This document shows positions 39,921 through 51,433 of a stretch of DNA of 64,000 bases, one piece after another. How positions within the stretch are numbered: the stretch's first letter is position 1; each line of letters starts with the position of its first letter. This stretch comes from an uncultured delta proteobacterium. GTDB taxonomy: Bacteria; Desulfobacterota; Binatia; UBA9968. Location: assembly GCA_963745035.1 (NCBI GenBank), contig CAVUVW010000010.1, positions 32,001 to 96,000 of the forward strand, read 5' to 3'. The position numbers and the translations under genes are program-made. The notes beneath the pieces are model-generated. The model did no database searches and was not told the origin of the DNA. It saw nothing but the letters and a program-made list of their open reading frames with translations.

Positions 39921-41003
39921 TCAGTGGGAGCTTCTTTTGATCTGTACGACGGCGAGCATGCCGACCTTCAACAGACCGTCGCTGTTGACGACCGATATTT
40001 TGACCGGCAGCCGCTGGGTCGATTTGATGAACTGCCCGGTAAGCTTCTGCGGATTGAACAGTGAAAATTCGGAAACCGTGGCCCCGCCGACTTCCGTGAC
40101 CTTGCCGGCGAATTCCCGGTCGGGATAGGAATCGACTCGAATGATCACCGCGCGCCCCGCCTGCACGTAGCGAATCTCCGTTTCCTCGACATTGGCTTCG
40201 ACCCAGAAGCGGCTCGAGTCGACGATCATGTAAATCGGCTGGCCGACCTGAGTGACTTCGCCGCGATTGGCGCTCTTCTTGACCACCACGCCGTTGACCG
40301 GACTGCGAATCACCGTCAACGTCAGTTTGCGGCGCAAATCGGCAAGCACCGCGGTAGCGCGTCGCACCTCGGCTTGGCGCGCTTGCAGCTCCGCCTGCAT
40401 GACCGCGGTTTCTCGGGCTTTGATCCGCGCCAGATCCAGCATCGACTCGCCTTCCTTGATTTTCTCCAGCATAGCGGACATCTGCGCCTCGGATTGCCGC
40501 AGCATGGTCTTGGCGCGGTCGAGCTCCTGCGCGGGCACCAGTTGCTTCTCGAAGAGCTTGTGGTTGCGATGCCAATCGTCTTTGGTCTGGGCGGCATGGG
40601 CGAGGGCGTCGTCATAGCTGTAGCGCGAGGCGCGCAACGCCGCTTCCGCCTTTGCCACTTCCTCCTTCTGTCTGGCCAGATGCAGCTCGATGCCCATGGC
40701 TTCCTGCCGCGCCTTGCTGTTCAAGCGATCCAGATCTGCTTCGGCTTGTTGTATCTGGATATCGAGCTCGCGACGGTCGAGGGTGGCCAGGATTTCGTCA
40801 CGGGCGACCGTGTCGCCTTCGGTCTTGGTGAGAGAATCGATTTTCGCGGTCAATTCGGCGCTGATGGCGACGATATCGGCTTTGATTCGAGCGTCGTCCG
40901 TGGTCACGTAACCGGAGGTGAGCCACCACCAGAATCCAAATCCACCGAGCGCGGCGAGCACCGCCGCTGAAAGCAGCAGTGTCTTCCAGGGTTGTTTGAA
41001 CAT
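39921..41003 (-). CDS. HlyD/EmrA-like membrane fusion protein
   Basis: VTTDDA, IRSPVNG, QRLPVKI. Confidence 0.9.
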   Translation of the reverse strand: MFKQPWKTLLLSAAVLAALGGFGFWWWLTSGYVTTDDARIKADIVAISAELTAKIDSLTKTEGDTVARDEILATLDRRELDIQIQQAEADLDRLNSKARQEAMGIELHLARQKEEVAKAEAALRASRYSYDDALAHAAQTKDDWHRNHKLFEKQLVPAQELDRAKTMLRQSEAQMSAMLEKIKEGESMLDLARIKARETAVMQAELQARQAEVRRATAVLADLRRKLTLTVIRSPVNGVVVKKSANRGEVTQVGQPIYMIVDSSRFWVEANVEETEIRYVQAGRAVIIRVDSYPDREFAGKVTEVGGATVSEFSLFNPQKLTGQFIKSTQRLPVKISVVNSDGLLKVGMLAVVQIKRSSH

Positions 41004-41075
41004 CAAAAGTCTTGGCGCCGCGCGGCATGGGCTAGCCTCACTCGCGCGGCGGCCTGAACCAACCAAAGCTGTGGT

Positions 41076-42197
41076 TCAGGCACCAAATCCGTAAAGCCGC
41101 GCGCAGTTGTCCCAGAGATACTTGCGCTTGGTCTGATCGCTGAACGGCAGCTTTAAAAACGTCTCCACCGCGTGCGGAAATTTGACGTCGAGGTGGGGAT
41201 AATCGGTAGAGAACACGATGTTGTCTTCAAGACCGAAGTCGGGGATGTTCTTGGCGACGATCTCATCGCATTCCACCGCGCCCCAGCATTGGCGCTGGAA
41301 ATATTCGAGCGGTTCGAGCTTCATTTCCGGATGCTCCGCGACGCCGGTCAATTCGGCGTACTCGCCCATGCGCCAGAGCAGCCAGGGAATCCACGCGCAG
41401 TTGCCTTCGAGATAGGCCACTTTGAGTTTGGGAAAACGCTCCATCACGCCGCCGTAAATCATATCGGCGCAGGCAAACATGTTGGCCATGGGGAACGACA
41501 GCGTGTTGAACATGGCGAAACTCGGAATGAACTCCGACAGCGCGGGCTGGGGCAGGTACACGCGTCCCGCTTCGTGGAAACCGATGGGAATGCCGAGCTT
41601 CTGGCATTCTTCCCAAAGCGGATTGTAATAGGGATCGCTCCACATGCGGCCGTTGACGTGATTGGGCCGCACCAGCACGCTGCGAAACCCCAGCTCTTTA
41701 ACGACACGGCGAGTTTCTTCGACCGCCGATGAGACGTCGTGCGGCGCGATGATGCCCGCGCCGTACATGCGGTTTGGATCGACTTTGCAGAAATCGTGCA
41801 GCCAATCGTTGTAGGCCCTCGCGATCGCCGCGGCCAATTCCGGATCAAGCCCGTCCACGGCGAGCACGAACAAGCCGCGGCTCGGGTAAAGAATCGCCAC
41901 GTCGAGGCCCTCTTTGTCCATGGCGCGGAGTTGCGCGACGTTGTCGAAGTCGCGCGCCTCTTCTTCGGGATACTTTTCGTTGAGAATGTTTTCGCGGATC
42001 GGTCTCAGCTCGGGATTGGGTTTCGGCGTCGGACGCGGCATGACTTTGCCGTCCACTTGAACGCCGAGGTCGCGCTTGTGGCGATTTAGGCCGACGGGCG
42101 CGCGGTCGGCGAACTTCCTGTCGATATATTTCTGCCACAGATCGCATGGCTCCATGACGTGCATGTCCGAATCCATCGCCCTGAATCCGTTTTTCAT
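41076..42197 (-). CDS. amidohydrolase family protein
   Basis: DSDMH, YLEGN, STDYPH. Confidence 0.9.
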   Translation of the reverse strand: MKNGFRAMDSDMHVMEPCDLWQKYIDRKFADRAPVGLNRHKRDLGVQVDGKVMPRPTPKPNPELRPIRENILNEKYPEEEARDFDNVAQLRAMDKEGLDVAILYPSRGLFVLAVDGLDPELAAAIARAYNDWLHDFCKVDPNRMYGAGIIAPHDVSSAVEETRRVVKELGFRSVLVRPNHVNGRMWSDPYYNPLWEECQKLGIPIGFHEAGRVYLPQPALSEFIPSFAMFNTLSFPMANMFACADMIYGGVMERFPKLKVAYLEGNCAWIPWLLWRMGEYAELTGVAEHPEMKLEPLEYFQRQCWGAVECDEIVAKNIPDFGLEDNIVFSTDYPHLDVKFPHAVETFLKLPFSDQTKRKYLWDNCARLYGFGA

Positions 42198-42410
42198 AAT
42201 GTCCTCCAAGCCGCGACTCGTTCCTTCGAATAACAAAGGGGTGGGGCGGGTGTCAATTCGCGTACCGGGGAGCTAGTCGGAAAGACCCCATCATCGTTCG
42301 AGACTGCCAGCGTGAAGGGATGGAATTTCGTGAAGAGAATGATGCTACTCAGTGACTTTTGGCGTAGGTACATGTTCGCCGCGGGACAGCGAACCGTGGT
42401 TGGCGCCAAG

Positions 42411-43365
42411 TCAGCGACTCGCCTTTGCGAGAAAGCTGAAGTCGAAGACTTGTTCCGCGGAGACCGGCGCGCCTAGCTCGAGGCTTTTTCGCGTGAAATC
42501 GAGAACGCCGTTGATCCAAGCCTGGCTGGGCCGGCCTTCGTCGGCGAGAACCGTTTGATGCCAGTCGAACATTTGTGCCGCAAGGGATTCATCCGGACAT
42601 GCGCAGTTCCTTGGCGATGAACTTAATCGACTCGGCGCGGTTCTGGCGATAGTAGGCGATGCCTCGAAGAGTTGCCGTTACAAACGATTGGATGACCGCG
42701 GGATTGCTTTTTATCAACTCGTCTGTCACTCCCAGGCCGCCGATCGGATAGTGCGGCAGGTAATCGCCGGAAACCGCGAGTTTGTGAAAGCCGTCGCGGT
42801 AGAGCATCAGGCTTCTAGGCGGGCTGAAGATGGCGGCGGAAATTCTACCGGCTTTGAGCGCGAGATGGATATCGTCCTGACGGCCGAGGGCCAGGATCGT
42901 CAGGTCTTTGTCAGGATTCAACGAATTTCGCTCCAGGATGAGGCGGGTGATGTGCTCGAAGGTGCCGCCGCGTGTCGATATGCCGACGAGTTTGCCCTTG
43001 AGCTGCTGGAAATTTTGAATCTTCGGCTCGGAGATCAGATCGAAGGTCGGCTTCGATGTGATGACGGAGACGAGCTTTACCGGCACGCCGCGCGCCGCGG
43101 CGGCCAGAATCGATCCCGACGCTGTGGAAAACTCCACTGAGTTGCCGAGCACGGCGCGCACGCCCAACGCACCGGCGATCAGGATAATCTCGACCTCCAA
43201 TCCTTCTTTTTGATAGAAGCCTTTGGCTTGCGCCATCTTCAACGGCAAGGTGACGATATCGACGGTAGGAATCGCCAGGCGGACTTTCTTGAGCTGAGCG
43301 AAGCCTGGGCTAGCACTCAGCAATAAGCAGAGGAAGATGATTACGCTTGCGATCGCTCTCAACAT
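42411..43365 (-). CDS. NitT/TauT-type ABC substrate-binding protein, frameshift near 42595
   Basis: Signal peptide; the shifted frame continues DESLAAQMFDW...QVFDFSFLAKASR*; paralog of 45158-46114. Confidence 0.85.
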
Positions 43366-43377
43366 ACAGAATCACTC

Positions 43378-45000
43378 CTACGAAACTGCACCGCGGACTT
43401 TATCGATGATCGCGGCGGCGTTTTCGGGTAGCGCATCACCACGCCAGGCGACGTGACCGTCGGGCCGGATGAGGACAAAGTCGCGCTCATACGCTGCGCG
43501 CACGCCTGGTTCATCGAGGGTTATGAATTCCAGGGGCAAGCCAATCGCGCTCGCGACATTCGCTATCCTCGTCGTACCCGCGTTCTTGCCTGATAGGTTC
43601 AGCAACGTGAAGCCTTTGCCGAACAGGTCCAAGGTCGAGCGGCCATCTTTGAGCCAAGCATGCGGCGCGCGCACACCCGGCCACGTGGAAGCTGCATAGA
43701 GACCGTGATCGAGTGGCGGCGCCGGCGTGCCGTCGCTGACGCAAATCGGCGAGTTCTCGTAGCGGTAACCCAGCTCGATGCCAGCCGAGTCGTGCTGGAA
43801 TTCCTTGGCGCGCGTGCGCATGGTCGCCGCGCGGGCTTTTTCGCGCAGTTGCTTGCCGGTCTCTGTGTCGTCTTCGATCTGCGGCGAAAAAGGCGTTTGA
43901 TTGTCGAAGTTGGCGCGCATCTCGGCGGCTTCGTTGACGTTGATCATCGCGATCGGTTTGCGCTCGGCCGTGTAGCTATCGAGCAAATGGGCGCCGCCCC
44001 ATCCGTGAAGCACCGCCGCGAGCTTCCAGCCGATATCTACTGCATCGCCGACTCCTGTGTTCATGCCGAAACCGCCGGCCGGCCAGTTGAGATGCGCGGC
44101 GTCGCCGGCGAGGAACACGCGACCGTCTTGATAGCGCTCGGCCACGACGCAGTGGCCGGTCCACGGGCGCACGGCGAGGAGCTCGAAGGGAATGCTTTCG
44201 CCGAGGGCGTAGCGGATTTTCTGCGGCGCATCGAAGACATCGAGCTCTTCCTGCTTGACGTTGCGCACGTTCAAGCGCCACAACTCTTTGCCGTCAACCG
44301 CCGCGATGGCGCCGTTGATTTGTGAATTGATGATTTGATACTGGACCGCCGGACCGTGCTTGGTGTACTCGAGCAACGGCGAGCGGAACAGCACCGCCAC
44401 GTTCATGCCCTGGGAAAAGACGCCTTGGTATTTTATGTCCAGGGCGCGGCGAATGTTACTCCGGCCGCCGTCGCAGCCGACCAGGTAGTCTGCTTCGATG
44501 ATTTCTTTCCGTCCGGTTTTCTTATCGAGGATTTCGGCTTTGACCGATTGGCCGGGTTGGTCAAACGACTCGAAAGATGTTTCGTAACGGATCCTGACCT
44601 GCGGCAACGACTGGGCGTGAGCGCGCAGCACCGGATCGAAGTAAGGCTTGGAAATCCACAGGCGGCCCTCCGGACTGAAAGGCGAGCGCGCGGCGGGATC
44701 ACCGTTGGATGGGTGATCGAAGCGCGCGATCTCATAGCCGGTCATGCGCGTGACGAAAAGATAGTTGCGCGGGTAGTCGGTCGGGTAGCCGGATTCGTAG
44801 CGCATCTTGTCCGCAATACCCCAGCGGCGCAGGTGCTCGCAGGTGCGGGTATTGGCGAGATTAGTGGTCGGAAACTCGACGGTACCGTCGCTCTGCTCGA
44901 CGACGAGAGACTGTATGCCGCGATAGGCCAGCTCGATGGCCAGCGACAAACCCACAGGTCCCGCGCCGGCGATGAGAACGGGGTAGTGGTTGGAGGTCAT
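43378..45000 (-). CDS. FAD-dependent monooxygenase (PheA/TfdB-like)
   Basis: GAGPVG, GCDG, AGDAAH, IRPDGHVAWRG. Confidence 0.92.
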   Translation of the reverse strand: MTSNHYPVLIAGAGPVGLSLAIELAYRGIQSLVVEQSDGTVEFPTTNLANTRTCEHLRRWGIADKMRYESGYPTDYPRNYLFVTRMTGYEIARFDHPSNGDPAARSPFSPEGRLWISKPYFDPVLRAHAQSLPQVRIRYETSFESFDQPGQSVKAEILDKKTGRKEIIEADYLVGCDGGRSNIRRALDIKYQGVFSQGMNVAVLFRSPLLEYTKHGPAVQYQIINSQINGAIAAVDGKELWRLNVRNVKQEELDVFDAPQKIRYALGESIPFELLAVRPWTGHCVVAERYQDGRVFLAGDAAHLNWPAGGFGMNTGVGDAVDIGWKLAAVLHGWGGAHLLDSYTAERKPIAMINVNEAAEMRANFDNQTPFSPQIEDDTETGKQLREKARAATMRTRAKEFQHDSAGIELGYRYENSPICVSDGTPAPPLDHGLYAASTWPGVRAPHAWLKDGRSTLDLFGKGFTLLNLSGKNAGTTRIANVASAIGLPLEFITLDEPGVRAAYERDFVLIRPDGHVAWRGDALPENAAAIIDKVRGAVS

Positions 45001-45048
45001 CGATTCACCGGGGCGATTACGACCGGGATCAGATGCGCTCCATGGTTT

Positions 45049-45125
45049 GTCATCCCGAACGAATGTGAGGGATCTATTCTTTGCTTCGTACAAAAGAAAG
45101 ATTTCTCGCTCTGCTCGAAATGACA
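45049..45125. repeat. TGTCAT...ATGACA REP/RPE-like palindrome; relatives at ~46200-46230, 49148-49240, 59660-59750
   Basis: TGTCATCCCGAACGAATGTGAGGGATCT...AGATTTCTCGCTCTGCTCGAAATGACA. Confidence 0.75.
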
Positions 45126-45157
45126 CCGCAAGTACATGCCGATGACTCCTTCGTTCA

Positions 45158-46114
45158 TCACCGCACAGCCTTCTGCACGAAGCTGAAATCGAAAACTTGC
45201 TTCGTTGGAATCTCTTTTTCTGCCCCGCCGAGACTTTTCTGGGTAAAGTCGATAGCGCCTTTCATCCACGCGTCATCCGCTGAACCGTTCGCGGGCAGGC
45301 GGCTCAAGTAGAGTTCGAAGAACTGCTCGCTCAAAGCTTGATCCTTGATGTGGAAATAGTCCGAAAGGATTTTCATCGCTTCGGCGCGATTCTGGCGGGC
45401 GAATTGAAGGCCGCGCACGCTGCCTTTGACGAACGCAAGCACGTCATTGGGAGCGGTTTTGATTTTTTCATCTGTCACGCCGATGCCGCCGCTCGGATAG
45501 GACGGCATGTAGTCACCGGAGTAGGCGATACGGTTGAAGCCCTCGCGCTGCAGGATCAAAGGACGGGGCGGCGTAAGCAAAGCGGCGGCGATGCGTCCGG
45601 CGCGCAGCGCAAGCACGGTGTCTTCCTGGCCGCCGACGACCAGGCTGACCACGTCTTTGTTCGGAATCAAGCCATTTTTCTGCACGATCAACTGCGTGAG
45701 CAGATCGACCGCGCCGCCGCGCGAAGAAATGCCGACGTGTTTGCCCTTCAGGTCCGCTACGGACTTGATTTGAGGCTGCGCGATCAAATCGAATTGCGGC
45801 TTGGCGGAAGCGATAAAGACGAGCTTGACCGGGATGCCGCGGACCGCAGCGGCGATCGTCGAGCCGGAAGCGGAGGTGTAATCCACCGAGCCGCCGAGCA
45901 GCGCCTGCATGCCCACGGCTCCGCGAATCAGGATCACTTCGACATCGAGGCCTTCATCTTTGTAGAAACCTTTGATGTTGGCGATGCGAAACGGGACTTC
46001 GGCAATGGACGCCGCGCTGACCGAAAAGCGCACCTTCTTAAGTTGCGCGGAGCCGGGTGAAATACTTGCGAGTAGAAAAATTGCCGTGAAGAAAGCGAAG
46101 GAGCCGAGTCTCAT
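45158..46114 (-). CDS. NitT/TauT-type ABC substrate-binding protein
   Basis: Signal peptide; KGFYKDEGLDVE, DLKGKHVG. Confidence 0.88.
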   Translation of the reverse strand: MRLGSFAFFTAIFLLASISPGSAQLKKVRFSVSAASIAEVPFRIANIKGFYKDEGLDVEVILIRGAVGMQALLGGSVDYTSASGSTIAAAVRGIPVKLVFIASAKPQFDLIAQPQIKSVADLKGKHVGISSRGGAVDLLTQLIVQKNGLIPNKDVVSLVVGGQEDTVLALRAGRIAAALLTPPRPLILQREGFNRIAYSGDYMPSYPSGGIGVTDEKIKTAPNDVLAFVKGSVRGLQFARQNRAEAMKILSDYFHIKDQALSEQFFELYLSRLPANGSADDAWMKGAIDFTQKSLGGAEKEIPTKQVFDFSFVQKAVR

Positions 46115-46304
46115 GGGTGAACCTCCCCGGCAAGTAAACACGCGGTCAGGATTGCTGTCAACATAGTGAGTGAGCGCTAGCGGCTAAGTTGGATCAAGAG
46201 AAAGATTTCTCGCGGTGCTCGAAATGACAACCATCTCCTGTCAGAACGGACGGGGAGCGCCTTGACGGACTTACAGCGCTGGCATATGGAGGTTGTACGC
46301 TGCC

Positions 46305-47300
46305 ATGAAGATAGGTGAAGGTCTCGTCCTCTTCGCGCTGCTGCAATGTCTGCTCGAATCCGTGGCAGCGGCGCAGGCGCCGCAGAAAATTCGCATCGGC
46401 TATCCATCGATCAGCTCGCGTCAGGCGCAGCTCTGGATTGCCAAGGATGAAGGCATCTTTCGCAAGTACGGTCTCGACGTCGAGCTGATTTTCCTGCGCG
46501 GTGGGCAGGTGGCAATCCAGGCACTCACTGGCGGCGACCCGCCGCTCGTCACCATCGGCAACGTCATCATCGCCGGGCTGCAGGGGCACGATATCGTACT
46601 CGTCGGCTCCGTGGAAAATTCATACGATCAGACGGTGATGGCGCGGGCCGGCACCGTGGCGCGGATGGAGCAGCTCAAGGGCAAACGCTTCGGCATCAGC
46701 GGCTTCGGATCGGCGACACACAACGCCGCGCTGATTCTGTTCAAGAAATTCAATCTCGAGCCGAACAAAGATGTGCTGTTCGTGCCGACCGGCACGGGGC
46801 CGGAGCGGTTGGCCGCCATGGGCGCGGGCAGGATCGATGCGACGTTCTTCAATCCTTCGGAGGTGCCGCAAGCGTTAAAAGCAGGCTTCGTCGAAGTCAT
46901 TCAAATGGCGGACATCGGTTTCGAAGTGCAGGGCAGCGGCTTGGCGACTTCGCGGAGCTATATTAAAGCGCATCGGGAGACCGTCAAGTCGGCCCTCAAG
47001 GCGTACGTCGAAGGAATCTATTACGTTTTTGCGAACAAAGCTGCGACCGTCAAGAGTCTCGCGCGCTACATGCGCACGAACGATCAAGAAGTGCTCGAGT
47101 ATTCCTACCAGCACTATCTGAAACGCACGCCGAAAAAGCCGTACCCGACGATGAAAGGAATTCAGAATTTGATCGACATGTCGGCGCCACAGATCCCGCA
47201 GGCGAAGAGCGCCAAGCCCGAGCAATTCGTCGACTTGAGTTTTCTTCAGGAACTAGAGGCAGAAAAGTTTTTTGACGAGATGGCGAGGCGCTACAAATGA
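46305..47300 (+). CDS. NitT/TauT-type ABC substrate-binding protein
   Basis: Signal peptide; GIFRKYGLDVE, LKGKRFG, KPYPT. Confidence 0.88.
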   Translation: MKIGEGLVLFALLQCLLESVAAAQAPQKIRIGYPSISSRQAQLWIAKDEGIFRKYGLDVELIFLRGGQVAIQALTGGDPPLVTIGNVIIAGLQGHDIVLVGSVENSYDQTVMARAGTVARMEQLKGKRFGISGFGSATHNAALILFKKFNLEPNKDVLFVPTGTGPERLAAMGAGRIDATFFNPSEVPQALKAGFVEVIQMADIGFEVQGSGLATSRSYIKAHRETVKSALKAYVEGIYYVFANKAATVKSLARYMRTNDQEVLEYSYQHYLKRTPKKPYPTMKGIQNLIDMSAPQIPQAKSAKPEQFVDLSFLQELEAEKFFDEMARRYK

Positions 47301-47333
47301 CGGCGGCAATCGATTAGCAAAGAGGTGCAAGCG

Positions 47334-48264
47334 ATGATCATCGATACTCACTTTCACGCCTTCCCGGGTAAATTCCTCGATCTCGTCCCAGACGCGCAAA
47401 ACGATGTGCGGGGCGTGGGGTTCCACGCCTTCGACCATAACGAGTACCTCAATACCATGGACAAGTACGAGATCGATATCGGTGTGCTCTCGAACACCGG
47501 CGGGCGGATCGAAAAGGCGGGAAACAAGGGCCGGGCTCTGGAGCTTTGCCGCATATTGAACGACTCCTTCGCCGACGCCCATGCCAAGCACCCCAAACGC
47601 TTCATGGCGTTTGCTCGTTTGCCCATGGTCGACATGGACGACTGCGTGCACGAGCTCGAACGCTGCTACAAGGATCTCAAGATGCACGGCGTCATGATGC
47701 CGACCAACGTGGCGGGAAAATATATTGACGAGCCCGAGTTCGAGCCATTCTGGAAAGCGCTCGCAGCGGGTCGGCAAACCGCTGTTTCTCCATCCGTGCA
47801 ACGCACCGTGCCAAGCGAACTGGGACAAGTATTCATTGCATCAAAAGATTCTTTGGCCGACCGACAGCACTTTGGCGATCTCACGCATCGTCTACGCGGG
47901 CGTCTTGGATCGTTATCCCGATCTCAAACTGATCGGCTCGCACCTGGGCGGCATGATTCTGCTTTATCTGGATCGCCTCAACTGGCGCGAAGGCAATCCG
48001 GTTTGCAAGCAGGAGCCCGAGTTCTATTTCAAGAAAATGTACTACGACACCGCCGGACCGATTCGCGCGGCGTTCATCAAGCTCGTCTACGACACGGTCG
48101 GCGCCGACCAGATTCTTTTTGGCGCCGACTATCCGCACGGCCGCGGCGGGCGCGACGATCAATTCTATCCGATGACTTTGAAGGAAATGGAACTGCTGGA
48201 CATTCCAAAGGGCGACAAGGAGAAGATTTATTCGCTCAACGCCAAAAAGCTTTTCGGAATATGA
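47334..48264 (+). CDS. amidohydrolase (ACMSD-like), frameshift near 47765
   Basis: IIDTHFH, FLHP, SHLGG, YYDTA, FGADYP. Confidence 0.88.
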
Positions 48265-48422
48265 TTTAGAGTCTCGTTCAAGCCGTTCAAATCGTTCAAG
48301 ACGTTCAAACCGCTTGTGGGAGCGCTTCGCCGGTTCTAAGTCTGTCATTCCCGCATTTTTTGACGGGAATCCAGGTTCTCTTAGATTTGAATTCCGAATA
48401 GATGCACATTGTCGGAGGTTAA

Positions 48423-49062
48423 ATGGCCATCGTGCAGAGTCATGTCGTGCCGAAGAATTCTGGCGCGGCGTTCGAAATAAAAAAAGGGCAACGGTTGAGA
48501 ATCGCCGGCAGGAGCATCGTCGATTTCGTGGCGTTTAACCTGCACGATTTGAGCGAAAGGTTCGATCAGGCGCGGACGAAGACCAATCAGGTCAAGATTT
48601 TTGTTAGCACCGGAGATATTCTCTATTCAAAGCGCAATAATCCGATGTTGACGATCGTTGAAGATACCTTCAAAGAGGGGCGCCACGATTTGCAAAAAGG
48701 CATGTGCAGCCGCAAACGCTTTCAGATGGTCGCCGAGGGACAGTCGAAGAGAGTCTTTGCGGAGGGCGTCGATATCAATCCGAAGAAGGCGGAGGACATT
48801 CCGGATCACGGCTGCTGGGAAAATTTGAGTGATGCGCGTGAAGCCTTGGAATATCTTGCCCGACGACGTGCCGAGTCCATTCAATATCTTCCAGTGCATG
48901 CGCATCGATCCGGAGACGGGAATCATGTACGACACGATGATCCGCCCGAAAGACGAAGCCCACGTCGACTTCAGGGCCGAGATGGATTTGCTCGTCGCGG
49001 CGAGCGCCTGTCCGGAGTCAGGCAGGGGACAGGCGATTCGCGTGGAGATCTACGACGATTGA
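48423..49062 (+). CDS. DUF1989 (urea carboxylase-associated) protein, frameshift near 48835
   Basis: HDLQKGMC, HGCWENL, PFNIF, AEMDLLVAASACP. Confidence 0.88.
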
Positions 49063-49269
49063 GGATTGGATCTAACGCCAAGAACCCCAGAAACGCACTT
49101 GAGCCCGTTTAGGTAAAACGGCCGGGAGGATCGTGTTGAGCTTGGGCTGTCATCCTGAGGAGAGTCGAGCGACGAAGGATCTGTTTTTGAGCTGATTATT
49201 TTCAGTCAAAGCAGATGCTTCACTTCGTTCAGGATGACAGTAGAGAAGCTCTCTAGCCTAGAAGTGAAA

Positions 49270-50091
49270 TCATGCCGATACTTGGAACTTCAGCAGCTCC
49301 CTAGCGGCCTTGTTATAGGCGTCGACACACGCCGCCTCGGACTTCTCCTTCGGCGGTGCGATGATGCGCGCGCGGGCCGAGAACTGCACCGGGCTCACAT
49401 CGAAAGGAAACGGGTCCATGATCGCCGATCCGGAGCCGTTGGGGCGAATGCTCAATCGCACGGTCTCGTCACTGTCGTATGACACGCGCACGGGCGCGAT
49501 TCCGTATTCCTTGAACTGATTATCCGCGGTGTAGCCGTCGCAGCAGAAGTAGAGCGAAAGCAAGTCGAAGATTTGCAGCGCCATGTAGTTGTACGCGAGC
49601 TCGTTTTCGAACTTGGGATTGTTCGCCGCCAGGGATTTTTTCATGGTTTCTTGCTTTGCTTCCAATTCTTTCTTGGCGTTTTGCACGGCTTGACTACGCT
49701 CGCGCAAGCGGCCGCCCGGCTCGGTGAAAATGTTGTAGCGGTTATGCCACAGCCCGGTGCGGTGCATGGAAACGAGCAGACCGGCGTAAGGGTCCTGCGA
49801 GCTCAACCAATCGACATTTTTCGCGTATGCCTTGAGCTCGATCGCTTCGAAGTTGGGCACGTCTTCGCGATGCGCATAGGGTCGGCCTTTCTCCACGTTC
49901 ATCGGCGGCTTGCCTTCCCACTCGCGATAGCCGCTGTCGTGATAGGTGGTGGCAAAGACCATGGTTTGATAAGGCCGCAGCCTGGAGAAACGATCATTGC
50001 CCCAGTGAGCGGCGAACTGGGCCGATAGCTCGGCATGATCTTCTTGGAGACTCACATAGCAGCGTCCGTCTTTGAGTTCGCGTATGACCAT
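49270..50091 (-). CDS. DUF3891 family protein
   Basis: QEDHAELS...HWG, HDSG, LLVSMH, DLLSLYFC. Confidence 0.8.
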   Translation of the reverse strand: MVIRELKDGRCYVSLQEDHAELSAQFAAHWGNDRFSRLRPYQTMVFATTYHDSGYREWEGKPPMNVEKGRPYAHREDVPNFEAIELKAYAKNVDWLSSQDPYAGLLVSMHRTGLWHNRYNIFTEPGGRLRERSQAVQNAKKELEAKQETMKKSLAANNPKFENELAYNYMALQIFDLLSLYFCCDGYTADNQFKEYGIAPVRVSYDSDETVRLSIRPNGSGSAIMDPFPFDVSPVQFSARARIIAPPKEKSEAACVDAYNKAARELLKFQVSA

Positions 50092-50232
50092 TTTCGCCTC
50101 CTTAGTTACTGTGTGTTCAGAGTATGGTGCGCGGCAACTTCCGGCGGCTCGTGGTGTGGAAGAGAACTCACGGCCGAGGCGCGGAGTACGCCGAGAGAAA
50201 AGCTCGTCATCTAGAAAATCAGCTCCTTGTGA

Positions 50233-51285
50233 CTAAATGCGTTTGGGTACGTCTTCTACGCCAAGCTCGGCGGCGAGCTGCGTTAGCTCAGACCAGGTCT
50301 CTTCGTCGATCTCCACACCGCTTTCAAGTTGCGCCGCTTCGCGGCGCCTGCCGGATTCGCCCGGTAAAAGAATTTCGCTGAAACCCGGCGCGCGCGGGCT
50401 CGACTTGATGAACTCGATGAACTCTTCGACCTTATCATAAAAGGACTCGAGCGGTTGAAATTCCTCGACGGCGAAGGCCTGGAGAAAAACTCCGTTTACG
50501 CCATGGCCGCCGTTGTTCCACCATTGCTTTCCCGCGCCGGTGCCGGATAGCAGGCCGCCGAGCATCTCGGTGATGAGCGCGACGCCCGAGCCTTTGTAGC
50601 CGCCGAAGGGCAGGAAGACGCCGCGCGGCGGGCCGCGGAATTTTTTGAAATCGTTGGTCGGCTTGCCGTTGCCGTCAAGGAGAGTGCCGTCCGGAATGGT
50701 TTCGTTCCTTGCGACTCGTTTTTGGATTTCGCCCATGCTCATGGAAGCGGTCGCGAAGTCGAGGATGATGGGCTTGCCGCTGCGCGTCGGGATGCCGAAG
50801 GCCATCGGATTGGTGCCGGTGATCGGTTTCATGCCACCGTAAAGCGTCGTCGTTGGCGAGCCGACGCTTACGGCGCCCATGCCGATCAGTCCCTCATCTG
50901 TCGCCATTTCCATGTAGTCGGCCAGCCGCCCGGTGTGACCGGCGCGCCGCAGGCAAACGATGCCCGCGCCATGCTCTTTGGCTTTCTTGATGGCAATCTG
51001 CATGGCCATGTTCGCCGCGACCTGGCCGATGTAATGCTTGCCGTCCACGACGGCGGTGACTTTGCCTTCGCGCTCGACTGCAGGCCTGGCGCTGAGATCG
51101 TAAGTCTTGTTCCTGATGAACTGGAGATACTGCTCCACCCGAGTGCAGCCATGACCGGCGTAGCCGCGCAGTTCGGCTTTCACCAGCAGCCCTGCCACCA
51201 AATCGGCATCACCCGAAGGCACGCCGCCGGCATTCAGTAGTCGCCTGCAGAAATCTTTAAGTTGTTTGTGATCGACTTTCGGCAT
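50233..51285 (-). CDS. Ldh_2 (malate/L-lactate/ureidoglycolate dehydrogenase) family oxidoreductase
   Basis: GHG, HTGRL, GTNP, LDFAT, GGYKG. Confidence 0.9.
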   Translation of the reverse strand: MPKVDHKQLKDFCRRLLNAGGVPSGDADLVAGLLVKAELRGYAGHGCTRVEQYLQFIRNKTYDLSARPAVEREGKVTAVVDGKHYIGQVAANMAMQIAIKKAKEHGAGIVCLRRAGHTGRLADYMEMATDEGLIGMGAVSVGSPTTTLYGGMKPITGTNPMAFGIPTRSGKPIILDFATASMSMGEIQKRVARNETIPDGTLLDGNGKPTNDFKKFRGPPRGVFLPFGGYKGSGVALITEMLGGLLSGTGAGKQWWNNGGHGVNGVFLQAFAVEEFQPLESFYDKVEEFIEFIKSSPRAPGFSEILLPGESGRRREAAQLESGVEIDEETWSELTQLAAELGVEDVPKRI

Positions 51286-51319
51286 GTTGGTTTAGGTCAA
51301 AAGATTGGGTTGCATATTT

Positions 51320-51386
51320 ACCGCGGAGACGCAGAGGACGCGGAGGAGAGACACAAACTCTGCGAGCTCAGCGCCTCTGCGGTGAA
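51320..51386. repeat. palindromic REP-like repeat (CACCGCAGAG type); partial relatives near 33400 and 50170
   Basis: ACCGCGGAGACGCAGAG...CTCTGCGAGCTCAGCGCCTCTGCGGTG. Confidence 0.65.
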
Positions 51387-51433
51387 CCTTTCTCTTCTAT
51401 TTGATCGTGCTTTGCGCGCGTTGATGCTGCGAG

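Noticed and set aside
39913-40575. 737-aa MFS with a long N-terminal extension
   Set aside because: The extension overlaps the HlyD gene in another frame; the real start is ~39912
42589-42591. Third Sec/readthrough UGA in the SBP
   Set aside because: Similarity to the paralog continues in a different frame, so it is an indel, and it is not a Cys position
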